Notes: generated by a model from the sequence alone, not told the origin. Shown: positions 1 to 8,377, counted from the first letter of the stretch. The stretch: 17,562 bases of DNA from Oligoflexales bacterium (GCA_041736175.1 JBGSUI010000081.1:1-17562), one strand, 5' to 3'. Numbers and translations: made by a program.

Positions 1-139
1 CTCCGTCCTTCATTTTTACTTACAAAGGACGTCTACCCCTAGACTCTTGTGAACACAATAGTTTAGGGGCTTTTTTATTCAACCCTAGGATAATTTGTTA
101 ATGTTGGGGGGTTTTCCCCTCACGTATTGTGGTGACTCA
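1..139. mobile_element. Possible terminus of a mobile element or other foreign DNA joined into an RCC1-repeat gene
   Basis: The 150-bp repeat register (…agcccagtc|caggtgggaag) is replaced abruptly upstream of 140 by unrelated sequence ending …tgtggtgactca. No transposase is in the window, so the family cannot be assigned. Confidence 0.4.
36..76 (+). terminator. Rho-independent terminator-like hairpin
   Basis: cccctagactcttgtg (36-51) pairs with cacaatagtttagggg (54-69) with one G-T pair and one mismatch; followed by c and T6 (71-76). Confidence 0.65.
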
Positions 140-766
140 CAGGTGGGAAGTCTTAGCTCCTGGAGTGAGCTGGCAGCGGGGTACTACCACACCATGGCCC
201 GCCGCACGGACGGCACCTTATGGGCATGTGGGTGGAACGTTTACGGCCAGCTGGGCCTTAGCGACGTGACCCCCCGCAGTAGCCCAGTCCAGGTGGGAAG
301 TCTTAGCAGCTGGAGTGAGGTGGCGGGGGGTTACACCCACACCGTAGCCCGCCGCACGGACGGCACCTTATGGACTTTTGGCCAAAACACTTACGGCCAG
401 CTTGGACTTGGCGACGGGACTTACCGCAGTAGCCCAGTCCAGGTGGGGAGTCTTAGCTCCTGGACTGAGCTGGCGGCGGGATCCTACCACACCGTGGCCC
501 GCCGCACGGACGGCACCCTATGGACTTTTGGGGCTAACTCTAACGGCCAGCTGGGCCTTGGGAACTGGACCCCCTGCAGTAGCCCAGTCCAGGTGGGAAG
601 TCTTAGCTCCTGGATCGAGCTGGCGGGGGGATACTACCACACCGTAGCCCGCCGCATGGACGGCACCTTATGGGCATGGGGGGTTAACTCTGACGGCCGG
701 CTGGGCCTTGGCGACGTGACCTCCCGCAGTAGCCCAGTCCAGGTGGGGAGTCTTAGCTCCTGGATC
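140..766 (+). repeat. Tandem 150-bp coding repeats: 4 full copies (140, 290, 440, 590) plus a partial copy (740)
   Basis: Hand alignment gives copy1/copy4 18 mismatches in 150, copy3/copy4 21, copy1/copy2 26. Confidence 0.95.
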
Positions 767-811
767 AAAATCACTGGTGGGTCATGGTTTACAATCACCC
801 TCCGGTCATGA
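140..811 (+). pseudogene. 5'-truncated RCC1/BLIP-II-type beta-propeller repeat gene (last ~4.5 blades)
   Basis: 50-aa repeats QVGSLSSWxExAxGxxHTxARRTDGTLWxxGxNxxGQLGLGDxTxRSSPV match the RCC1 repeat pattern. It has a natural-looking terminal blade and TGA at 809-811. It begins mid-blade with no signal peptide; the ORF-track start at 95 lies in unrelated flanking DNA. Confidence 0.85.
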
Positions 812-992
812 TGGAGCCCGGGGATACCTCCACTTGTTGACGACCAAACAAAAATAGCAACGTTGGGACGATTTGTTTTCTGCCATCCTAAATTGTGGAT
901 GACGCTTTTCCCGCCAGACACTCGATATTGATGAATAAGCCTCCTGACCGAAAATCCACGCTTAAAATTTGGAATTTTGGGTGACCCTGCTG

Positions 993-1045
993 TTCTGGAT
1001 TCCGTTCCCGTGAGCGCACTGGATCTTGGGAATTGGAATCCAGAA
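993..1045. other. Long intergenic inverted repeat / stem-loop
   Basis: ttctggattcc (993-1003) is the perfect reverse complement of ggaatccagaa (1035-1045); extends inward as ttccc (1005-1009)/gggaa (1028-1032). Confidence 0.6.
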
Positions 1046-1261
1046 TGGGATAGGTCGAACATCCGATGCGCGCACTGCCGCCCCCTCCAAAGTTGAGACA
1101 CGGCCTGTTTAAGGATTGATCTAGAGGGGCTATAACCAACCTAAAACACAGGGGAGGATGGGCGAGCATAGTTTTTGTATAGGTTTTGTGAGGCAGCGAC
1201 TGTTCATAAAACGGACCCCTTGATACCAATTCCATCAAGGCGGCATACAAAGGCTTACCCT

Positions 1262-2122
1262 ATGCATCTTTTTCAGAGTTTAAGAATCAAAAGATCTAGG
1301 TTTTTTGGAACTATGGTTATGGTAAGTTTAACCCACTGCCAAAAAGCCCCTTTGTCTCCCTTCCAAGCCCCGTCAGAGAGCCCCTCGGGAGTCTTGATGG
1401 GCGGAGGGGCCGCCAAAAAACCACCCCTCGTGATCCGCAAGGCTCGGGCTGTGGTTTACAAGGTCACCCGCAAATCCCCAAATAATAAACAAACAAATAT
1501 TGGATTTGGTCAGGGAATCCTTTCCATCACACTAAAGCCAGAAGACTTTAAATCCTCTGAAGTCAGCTGCTCCCAAGATGATTGCACCGCCACCCTGATC
1601 GAGCCTATCACCGTCAATGCGTCGATCCCCACGGGCCTTGGCGCTAGGATCAAAGTCCAGTACCGAAAGGCCCGTATGAGCGACGAAGAGCTTTTTAGCC
1701 ATTACGGCGTGATCGGTGGCCAGTGGACCCTGCTTAAGGTGGGCGAAATCATCAGCCTCACTATCGAAGCCGGAATCGCCTTCGAAAGCACTCCTGCGAC
1801 CAACTACCAACCGGTCTTTAAAGAGGTTTATTGCTCCAAATCCTTGAGCTGTGATACGCCCCTAGTCACCATCAACGGGACGATCGACAAAAATGGCCTG
1901 CAGTTTGATTCACGGCTTACGGCAACAGGCCAAGAGGGGGACTTTTTGAAAGTGGTCTCAAACCTGATCAGCCACAACCAAAAGATCCCCTTTGACCAAA
2001 TCAAAAACACCCAATGGCTGGAAAAGCTTCCCTCCCCCCCGTCCTCCCCGTCCTCCAATAAGGGTCCCTGCCATGACCAAAAATCCTACGATGCCCTATG
2101 GTCTTTTGACGAGGAACCTTAG
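1262..2122 (+). CDS. Hypothetical protein, possible lipoprotein
   Basis: Long ORF. ATG 1262 gives a basic N-region (RIKRSR), a hydrophobic stretch and a Cys (VSLTHC) followed by a Pro/Ser-rich linker. The start is uncertain. Confidence 0.65.
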   Translation: MHLFQSLRIKRSRFFGTMVMVSLTHCQKAPLSPFQAPSESPSGVLMGGGAAKKPPLVIRKARAVVYKVTRKSPNNKQTNIGFGQGILSITLKPEDFKSSEVSCSQDDCTATLIEPITVNASIPTGLGARIKVQYRKARMSDEELFSHYGVIGGQWTLLKVGEIISLTIEAGIAFESTPATNYQPVFKEVYCSKSLSCDTPLVTINGTIDKNGLQFDSRLTATGQEGDFLKVVSNLISHNQKIPFDQIKNTQWLEKLPSPPSSPSSNKGPCHDQKSYDALWSFDEEP

Positions 2123-2189
2123 CTATGGTAAAAGTCACGCCTGGCCCCGTGACCAAGTCCCTCATCTTAAGGTTTAGTAAGGAAATACC

Positions 2190-4025
2190 ATGGCCCATCT
2201 TCCTAGCTCCTACACCCTTGACGCTGCCCGGGCCGCTATCGGAACCGCAATCTTCAAAGCGCTCCAACCCCTACGCCACGAGGGAGTCCCTTCGACCCTA
2301 GACCCCCTTGTCATCGGCAGACTTCTCGAACAACCCCCAGAAAGGGACTTTGGGGATTTTGCCTTACCTTGCTTTCGCTTTGCTAAAGAGCTGCGCCGCA
2401 AGCCCCCTGAAATCGCCGAACTCCTCAAAAACCAGCTCCATGCCCAACTCCAGGCCCAGGGCTGGATCGTCAAAGTCGAGGTGGTAGGAGCCTTTTTAAA
2501 TATCTATGCCAATCTGACGCTCCTTGCCCAAGACTGTATCCCTGCCATGCTCGATGGCACCTACTTTGACCGGCTAAAAGCCGCGACCTCCCCAGAAAAA
2601 GTGTCCCCAGAAACCCCCTCTCGGTCCCGCCACCAAACAAAAACCATGATCGAGTTTTCCCAACCTAACACCCTTAAAGAGTTCCACGTTGGCCATACCC
2701 GTAACGTTTGTTTAGGGGACTCCCTTGTCCGGATCTTCCGGTACTGTGGTTATCCGGTGACGGGAGCCAACTACTATGGCGACGACGGCACCCATATCGC
2801 CCTGGTCTTGTGGCATATCCAAAAAAACCAGCTGGTGATTCCAGCCTCTAAACAAGATGAATGGTTTGGTCAGGTCTACTCCCAAGCTCGCAAGGCCCTC
2901 GATGAGTCCCCGGAACCCTTGCGAACCCAGTCCCAAAAGGAAATCTCCGATATCCACCGCAGCGTCGAGACCCGCCAAGGACCGTACTACAAGTTGTGGC
3001 AAGAAACCCGTGAGCTTTCCCTGGCAGCTTTTGCCAAGATCTACGCTTGGCTTGGAGTCACCTTTGATGTGGAATTTTATGAATCTGAGATGACCGAGGC
3101 TGCCCAAAAAATCGTCGAAGAATTCTATGCAAAAGGTATCTTTGTCTTGGATCAGGGAGCCATCGGCTCGGATCTTAAGGATTCTAAACTGGGTTTCTGC
3201 ATCCTCCGTAAAACCGACGGCAACACCCTTTACGCCACCAAAGACTTAGCCCTTGCCCGCCGCAAGTTTGAAGAGTACCAGATCGATCGCAATATCTATG
3301 TGGTTGCCGATGAGCAAAACTACCATTTCAAGCAGGTTTTTAAGACCCTAGAGCAGATGGGATTTAAACAGGCAAGCCAGTGCTATCACCTGAGCTATGG
3401 ACTGGTGATGCTCCCCGACGGCAAAATGTCGTCCCGGGCCGGCACAGCGGTCACCCTTCCCAGTCTAAGACGCCAGATGGAAGAAGCCCTCGGCCAAATC
3501 CTGGCCAAATACCAAGGGGAATGGTCCCAAGAAGAGCTGGTCGAGGCGACCCGCCTCCTATGTGTCGGCGCGATGAAATATGGGATGGTCTCTACGGACC
3601 CTGTTAAAGAAATCATCTTTAATCTGGATGACTGGCTTAGCTTTGAAGGCCACTCGGGCCCGTACCTGATGTACAGTTATTCCAGGACCCAGTCTATGAT
3701 CCGCAAGGCTGCGGAACTAGGCCACCGGGCGGACCCGTCCCACTTCCAAGACCTCAAAGAGGCCTCCGAAAGGGACCTTGTCCGTCATCTCTACGACTTT
3801 AACGAAGTTGTCGCCTATGCCTGTGAAGCCTACAAACCAAGCATCCTAGCCCAGCATTTGTTTAGCCTCTGCAAATCCTTCAATCGATTTTACAGCGATG
3901 TGCCTGTCCTGAAAGCTGGCTCTGAATCTCTGATAAAGACCCGCTTAGCACTGATCGAAGCCGTGAGCATAGCCCTTTTTAGAGGGCTCGATCTGCTGGG
4001 GATTGTCCCTCCTAAGCGGATGTAA
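2190..4025 (+). CDS. argS: Arginine--tRNA ligase
   Basis: N-terminal FGDFALPCF motif, IEFSQPN..KEFHVGH (HIGH), RKTDGNTLYATKDLA, KMSSR (KMSKS), GPYLMYSYSR, anticodon-binding domain ending GIVPPKRM; RBS aagga upstream. Confidence 0.98.
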   Translation: MAHLPSSYTLDAARAAIGTAIFKALQPLRHEGVPSTLDPLVIGRLLEQPPERDFGDFALPCFRFAKELRRKPPEIAELLKNQLHAQLQAQGWIVKVEVVGAFLNIYANLTLLAQDCIPAMLDGTYFDRLKAATSPEKVSPETPSRSRHQTKTMIEFSQPNTLKEFHVGHTRNVCLGDSLVRIFRYCGYPVTGANYYGDDGTHIALVLWHIQKNQLVIPASKQDEWFGQVYSQARKALDESPEPLRTQSQKEISDIHRSVETRQGPYYKLWQETRELSLAAFAKIYAWLGVTFDVEFYESEMTEAAQKIVEEFYAKGIFVLDQGAIGSDLKDSKLGFCILRKTDGNTLYATKDLALARRKFEEYQIDRNIYVVADEQNYHFKQVFKTLEQMGFKQASQCYHLSYGLVMLPDGKMSSRAGTAVTLPSLRRQMEEALGQILAKYQGEWSQEELVEATRLLCVGAMKYGMVSTDPVKEIIFNLDDWLSFEGHSGPYLMYSYSRTQSMIRKAAELGHRADPSHFQDLKEASERDLVRHLYDFNEVVAYACEAYKPSILAQHLFSLCKSFNRFYSDVPVLKAGSESLIKTRLALIEAVSIALFRGLDLLGIVPPKRM

Positions 4026-4038
4026 AGACGTCGGGCCT

Positions 4039-4518
4039 TTAGTCGTCGAGGTCCGATTCATACTCTTCAAAATAGACCGGCTGGCCGCCGAGGCTGAGGG
4101 ATCCGTAAAATCCTTCCGCATCGCAGCCTAGGCTGCTTAGAATGGCCTTAAACTGCTCCCATAGCTCGTCCATTTCGAAGGGAAAATGAAAGCCAGGGGG
4201 AGGAGTGATAAAGCCAAGGACCGCATGCCGTGGTTGGGTCATCTCGGGGATTTCTATCAAAGAAAACTCGCCCACCGGAACCAGCTGCCACTGGGGCTTT
4301 AAGACGACGCCCTCAAGATGCCAAAGTTCAGCCTTTTTATTGTCGACGAGTCGAGCCCCCAAGATCACCTTTGAGATTTCGATCGACGGGCCCTCAGACC
4401 TCATTTGATCGAGGTTTTCTGAAAGACCGTCGGTGGAAGCAGAGCTGGTTTTTTTTAAGTTGCCCTTGCCGAATTTGAAGTTGATCACATTGCTGCGGCT
4501 GCGTTTTGTCTTGTCCAT
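4039..4518 (-). CDS. Hypothetical protein
   Basis: ORF convergent with argS. The probable start is ATG 4518 (MDKTKRSRSNVINF) with an AAGGTG RBS upstream. No recognisable domain. Confidence 0.65.
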   Translation of the reverse strand: MDKTKRSRSNVINFKFGKGNLKKTSSASTDGLSENLDQMRSEGPSIEISKVILGARLVDNKKAELWHLEGVVLKPQWQLVPVGEFSLIEIPEMTQPRHAVLGFITPPPGFHFPFEMDELWEQFKAILSSLGCDAEGFYGSLSLGGQPVYFEEYESDLDD

Positions 4519-4627
4519 GGGGTCACCTTTTCCCATTTGTAAAAGAGGGGTAATCTGCTTGAGGAGCCCTAAAATAGCAAGGGCCAAAAAGGCGTTTTTA
4601 GGTAATTTTCGTCTATTTCCTGCACCA

Positions 4628-4651
4628 TTGTCGAGACTCTGGTCTCGACAA
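4628..4651. promoter_or_regulatory. Perfect palindrome, candidate enhancer (UAS) or operator
   Basis: ttgtcgagac-tctg-gtctcgacaa (10-bp arms) in the divergent intergenic region, about 50-70 bp upstream of a sigma54 -24 box. Confidence 0.55.
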
Positions 4652-4696
4652 CCACCTAAAAAACTAAGCTTTATTCCAAAAACACCTGGATTTTCG

Positions 4697-4713
4697 TTGG
4701 CATAGTCATTGCA
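4697..4713 (+). promoter_or_regulatory. Sigma54 (RpoN) -24/-12 promoter
   Basis: TTGGCAT-AGTCA-TTGCA with GG at 4699-4700 and GC at 4711-4712, exact GG-N10-GC spacing; about 85 bp upstream of ATG 4798. Confidence 0.75.
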
Positions 4714-4797
4714 GCAATTCTATCACGATCTACTGCAGCTGTTGAGCTGACAGACCTCTTAAAGAGGAACTTAAACGACATCGGGGGAGCTAAAAAA

Positions 4798-5535
4798 ATG
4801 CAGACTATCAACCATCAAAAAGCAGCGTACCTTAACCTCATCTTCCTGGGCCTCCTAGCCACGGCTCCCCAGGTCTTTGGCCAGACCCAAAACCAAAATC
4901 CAACCCACCAGCAGCTCATGCCCCAGGGGCCAAACCGCCAGCCCATTAGGCTGCAAGTCCTCGGCAAAGAGGCTTTTTGTACCCGTCTAGTGCAGGCTTT
5001 TTCAGCCTTTGGCTCCCAGGTGGGATACAATCCAACCCAAACAGCCCTCCTTGCCAACGGGGCGACGACGCGGCTTATCCAAGACTTTAGATCGGGAAGA
5101 GCAAGCGACTTTTTAAACTCCCAGGCTATCCTCACTGATGTTAACCTCCATCAGATCAAAGTCGCCGCAGGTAAACAAGAACTTCCTGGTTACTTGGCGA
5201 CCGCCCAGTTTCTTGGGCGCGCCTTGGGAGTCTCTGACAATGTCTCCCTCGCTTTATCTGCAGGCGAACTACGCTTTTTGCCCCATGTTGCTAAAGGGAC
5301 TGATGTGATCGTGGTGGCCCGCAATGCCGCAGCATTGACCATCGAGCGGATCAACAAGATCGCCGAGATGGCTCGGACCATGAATATCCGCGTCAATGTC
5401 CTTTGGGTCGGCGAAACCAACGAAGATGCCCGCGAGATCGAGGAAGCAAGGGTCCTCGCCTGGATCGTGGCTTCGACCGGTGGAAAATTTGCCAATCTTG
5501 GTGGCGCCGAGTGGCCCTGCGCAAACCAACTCTAG
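4798..5535 (+). CDS. Secreted protein with a degenerate vWA-like fold
   Basis: RBS ggggag; signal peptide (LIFLGLLATAPQVFG). The C-terminal pattern DVIVV…ARTMNIRVNVLWVG…LAWIVASTGGKF resembles the end of a vWA domain; no MIDAS DxSxS. Confidence 0.7.
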   Translation: MQTINHQKAAYLNLIFLGLLATAPQVFGQTQNQNPTHQQLMPQGPNRQPIRLQVLGKEAFCTRLVQAFSAFGSQVGYNPTQTALLANGATTRLIQDFRSGRASDFLNSQAILTDVNLHQIKVAAGKQELPGYLATAQFLGRALGVSDNVSLALSAGELRFLPHVAKGTDVIVVARNAAALTIERINKIAEMARTMNIRVNVLWVGETNEDAREIEEARVLAWIVASTGGKFANLGGAEWPCANQL

Positions 5536-5565
5536 CCTTGAGAGAATAATCAGATAGAAGTTTTG

Positions 5566-7017
5566 TCAGGCAGCTTTTTCGGCTGCTGCTTGTTTAGCCA
5601 CATCGGCGATCATGGTTTCGAGGAGCTTCGATATTTTTTCCCAGTATTTGACTTTAGACACCCCTGGTCCAATCACGTCAAACCGCGCATGCCAGATATC
5701 GGGTTGGGAAGCTGTCGCCCCTGATGAGACGACGCTGACACTTTGATTGCCTTCCCAGAGGCTCTGCAAAAACTTATGCTCAATTTTGATTTTACTTCCC
5801 TTTAGCAGTGGAAATTTGACCTGAATAATTCCGCCGGTTTCGTCAAGTCCCACCAAGGTGGCTGGAGCCTGGTAGCGCACGGGGATTCCTGTGATGGTGT
5901 TTGACCCAGTCTTGCCTGCTGCTCCCGCAAGCTCTGTCGAAGTGGCGAAACAAGCTTGGAGCATTTCCACAAAGAGACCCATCCCAAACGGTCTTTTGAT
6001 ATAGCGCGTGCTACCCTGTGACCGAGCATTTAAAGATGTCGTACCGACGATCAGCGGCGGTTTTTGGTTTGCCGGCAGTTTATTGTAGACGTTTTTCCAC
6101 TCGATACTCGATGCATCACTCATAAGCTCATGAAGATAGATGGCATGGATCGACTCGGGCTCTCTCTTAAGGATTGCAGACCCTGCCTGGAGAGATTTTG
6201 CGTGAATCAGGTCTATTTGATAGCCCTTCATGATTTCTTTGAAACCTTCGTAACGCTGCTCATTGGGGTCATAAAAGATAACTTTATAAAGTTTGTCTTG
6301 CTTTGCTGCTTCGTTGCCACCGATCTTGATTTCGGGGAGAGCAAGGACCCATTTACGACCGACACCGACTATACGGTTTACAGGAAAGAGGTTAAAAATC
6401 TCTTCTCCTTCACGGACATTCGTGGCCATTCTTAAAACCGCAGGCTTTAGGTCGGTGTTGTTGCCTGTAGGGATACAAAGCATACTTGCCGCCGAATCGA
6501 TCTCAATATTAGAGCGTGAGATCAGCTGCTCTCCACTCCGCCCGACTGCGGTGGCATCGATCGAAAGGTTGAGTTCTGGAGCGATTCCTGCTTTTTCCGC
6601 AAGGACAAAATACGGGGACACGGAGGATGTCATCTTGATGACTTCGTTGACCTTGGCCACAAAGGTTTTAGGCTCCAAAGGTCCGACGGTAAAGCCGGCG
6701 ATTTTTCTACCGGCCAGCACGCCGAGCTCTTCCTTGGTTTTTTTGAGGACACACACCATGATAGGCGTATGCTTAAGAGTAGGATGCTGCTGGAGACGGT
6801 CATAGAGAATTCCGGCAGTTCCATCGGACAAGACAGCTTCTGAAATCACCAAGTGAGGCATCTCTTGGGCCACAAACTTAAGGGCGTCATAGAGGCTTTG
6901 GGCCAAAATCACGCGGTACCCAATCTTGGAGAGTAGGGTTTGCATACCGATGGCTCGTTCCCGCTTGTCGACGACGAGGACGATGCTATGAGATGTTATG
7001 GTTGGTGAGATTTCCAT
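5566..7017 (-). CDS. Atypical response-regulator-like protein with two degenerate receiver domains and possible PilZ-like barrels
   Basis: N-terminal IVLVVD…GYRVILAQSLYDAL…PHLVISE…TPIMV; second receiver KVIFYD…YIKRPF; C-terminal ATLVGLDETGGIIQVKFPLLKGSKIKI resembles PilZ strands. Confidence 0.75.
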   Translation of the reverse strand: MEISPTITSHSIVLVVDKRERAIGMQTLLSKIGYRVILAQSLYDALKFVAQEMPHLVISEAVLSDGTAGILYDRLQQHPTLKHTPIMVCVLKKTKEELGVLAGRKIAGFTVGPLEPKTFVAKVNEVIKMTSSVSPYFVLAEKAGIAPELNLSIDATAVGRSGEQLISRSNIEIDSAASMLCIPTGNNTDLKPAVLRMATNVREGEEIFNLFPVNRIVGVGRKWVLALPEIKIGGNEAAKQDKLYKVIFYDPNEQRYEGFKEIMKGYQIDLIHAKSLQAGSAILKREPESIHAIYLHELMSDASSIEWKNVYNKLPANQKPPLIVGTTSLNARSQGSTRYIKRPFGMGLFVEMLQACFATSTELAGAAGKTGSNTITGIPVRYQAPATLVGLDETGGIIQVKFPLLKGSKIKIEHKFLQSLWEGNQSVSVVSSGATASQPDIWHARFDVIGPGVSKVKYWEKISKLLETMIADVAKQAAAEKAA

Positions 7018-7020
7018 CGC

Positions 7021-8256
7021 TCAACTGGCCTTATTCAGGAGGTCGTTATCGGTTGCTGCTTCGCCGCCTTCAGTGGTTTTGGGTCCGGTATCGGTGGCTT
7101 TAGCTGCAAGTATCGCTTCTCGGAGTTTATCGAGCTTAGGATAAGGGGCTCCAAACTCCTTTTGGCACCGAGTGAGATATTTGATCGCCATATCCCAAGC
7201 CTTAAGACGGCGGCATGCCAGGGCAGCGTTGAGACTGATTTTATAGCGTAACTCCGGTCGCACGATTTTATGGGCTTTTTGGTAGAGAGCCAGGGCGCTT
7301 TTACCCTTGCCCGCTTGGGATAGCTGGATCCCTAGTTCATTGAGTTTGGCAGCAAAGAATGGGCCTACCTCCGACATATCGTCGAGGAGTTTAAAGGCAT
7401 CATTGATCTTGCCCGTACACAGCAGAACCTGGGCTTTAGCCTCCAAAACCCGCGAGCTGTTAGGAGCTAGATTGCCCGCTTCTTCCACATATTTTTGGGC
7501 CATGGCAAAATCGCCTTTTTCCACATAGGCGACAGCGATATTGGCTTTTCGATCCACATCGTAGGGATTGGTTTTTTCGAGGCTCTTAAAGACTTCGAGA
7601 GCTTCGTCCACCCGTCCGGTGACGAGGAGAGATTCCCCAAGGCTTGTGGTCGATGGTCTAAACATCTTGTTCATACCGCTCGCCGAGGCAAAGGCATCAC
7701 AAGCGCCGCTATAGTCTCCAGTCGCTTCAGCAGCTTTACCCTTAGCAAAGGCCATACGAAAGTCATAGGCCGCCATCTCTTCAAGATCTTTGGCGGCTGA
7801 TTTGATGGATGTTTGATCCGAGGCCCGGATTGCCCGCATCAGGTTAAAAGTTTTTGATTCTGGTGTGCTGGGATCTTCCACGAGGGCGATCGCCTTGCGG
7901 ACGATGGAGGCTAGTTCCGTAGCCCACCGCGGGGTGCCGATAAACTGCTCGATCCCCTGTTCAAAAACCCCGGCAATAAATTTAGGATCGGGTTCGTCAC
8001 ATATAATCGCCTGAAAATCAGCAAGACAGCCGATATTAGCTTGAAACGCCCTAAGCAACGACTGGACTTCGCCGCTCGATTCTTTGGCAAACACCGCCAT
8101 CACCAGGACCGAACCTGAGGTGAGCGCCGCGTGGGCCTCTATGGCAGAGGTCACATAGTGAACCTCACAGCCAAAGTCCTTGCCCTCCACATCGGCCTGC
8201 CAGGTTTCGGTGCGACGAGGATCGACGAGATCAACGATTAAACAGGTCCAACTCAT
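7021..8256 (-). CDS. Tetratricopeptide-repeat protein with an N-terminal degenerate receiver-like domain
   Basis: TPR motifs (LGESLLVTGRVDEALEVFK, NIAVAYVEKGDFAMA, LNELGIQLSQAGKGKSALALYQKA). Its stop lies 3 bp from the next start, indicating an operon. Confidence 0.85.
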   Translation of the reverse strand: MSWTCLIVDLVDPRRTETWQADVEGKDFGCEVHYVTSAIEAHAALTSGSVLVMAVFAKESSGEVQSLLRAFQANIGCLADFQAIICDEPDPKFIAGVFEQGIEQFIGTPRWATELASIVRKAIALVEDPSTPESKTFNLMRAIRASDQTSIKSAAKDLEEMAAYDFRMAFAKGKAAEATGDYSGACDAFASASGMNKMFRPSTTSLGESLLVTGRVDEALEVFKSLEKTNPYDVDRKANIAVAYVEKGDFAMAQKYVEEAGNLAPNSSRVLEAKAQVLLCTGKINDAFKLLDDMSEVGPFFAAKLNELGIQLSQAGKGKSALALYQKAHKIVRPELRYKISLNAALACRRLKAWDMAIKYLTRCQKEFGAPYPKLDKLREAILAAKATDTGPKTTEGGEAATDNDLLNKAS

Positions 8257-8350
8257 GCCCTTTCTTGACTCCTCTTAGGTCCTAAGCCTTACCCATCTGA
8301 ACCAACCAATGCTCACTCCATCGGTCTCTGGCCCAAGGGCAGATATTTTC

Positions 8351-8377
8351 CTTTCGGTTATTTTTTGAACCCATTGA
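8351..8377 (-). promoter_or_regulatory. Candidate sigma28 (FliA) promoter for the TPR/receiver operon
   Basis: Minus strand TCAA-N15-ACCGAAAG versus the consensus TAAA-N15-GCCGATAA. Confidence 0.4.

Noticed and set aside
95..139. ORF-track start of the left RCC1 gene (MLMLGGFPLTYCGDS)
   Set aside because: It lies in the unrelated flank, has no convincing RBS or signal peptide, and leads into the middle of a blade.
1..139. Group II intron 3' end (ends in AC)
   Set aside because: No domain V/VI consensus precedes the junction.
140..766. CRISPR array
   Set aside because: The period is 150 bp, in frame and protein-coding, with no unique spacers and no cas genes.
634..1250. Minus-strand ORFs 634-1101 and 888-1250
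   Set aside because: No recognisable motifs; they overlap the RCC1 fragment or structured intergenic DNA and are probably spurious.
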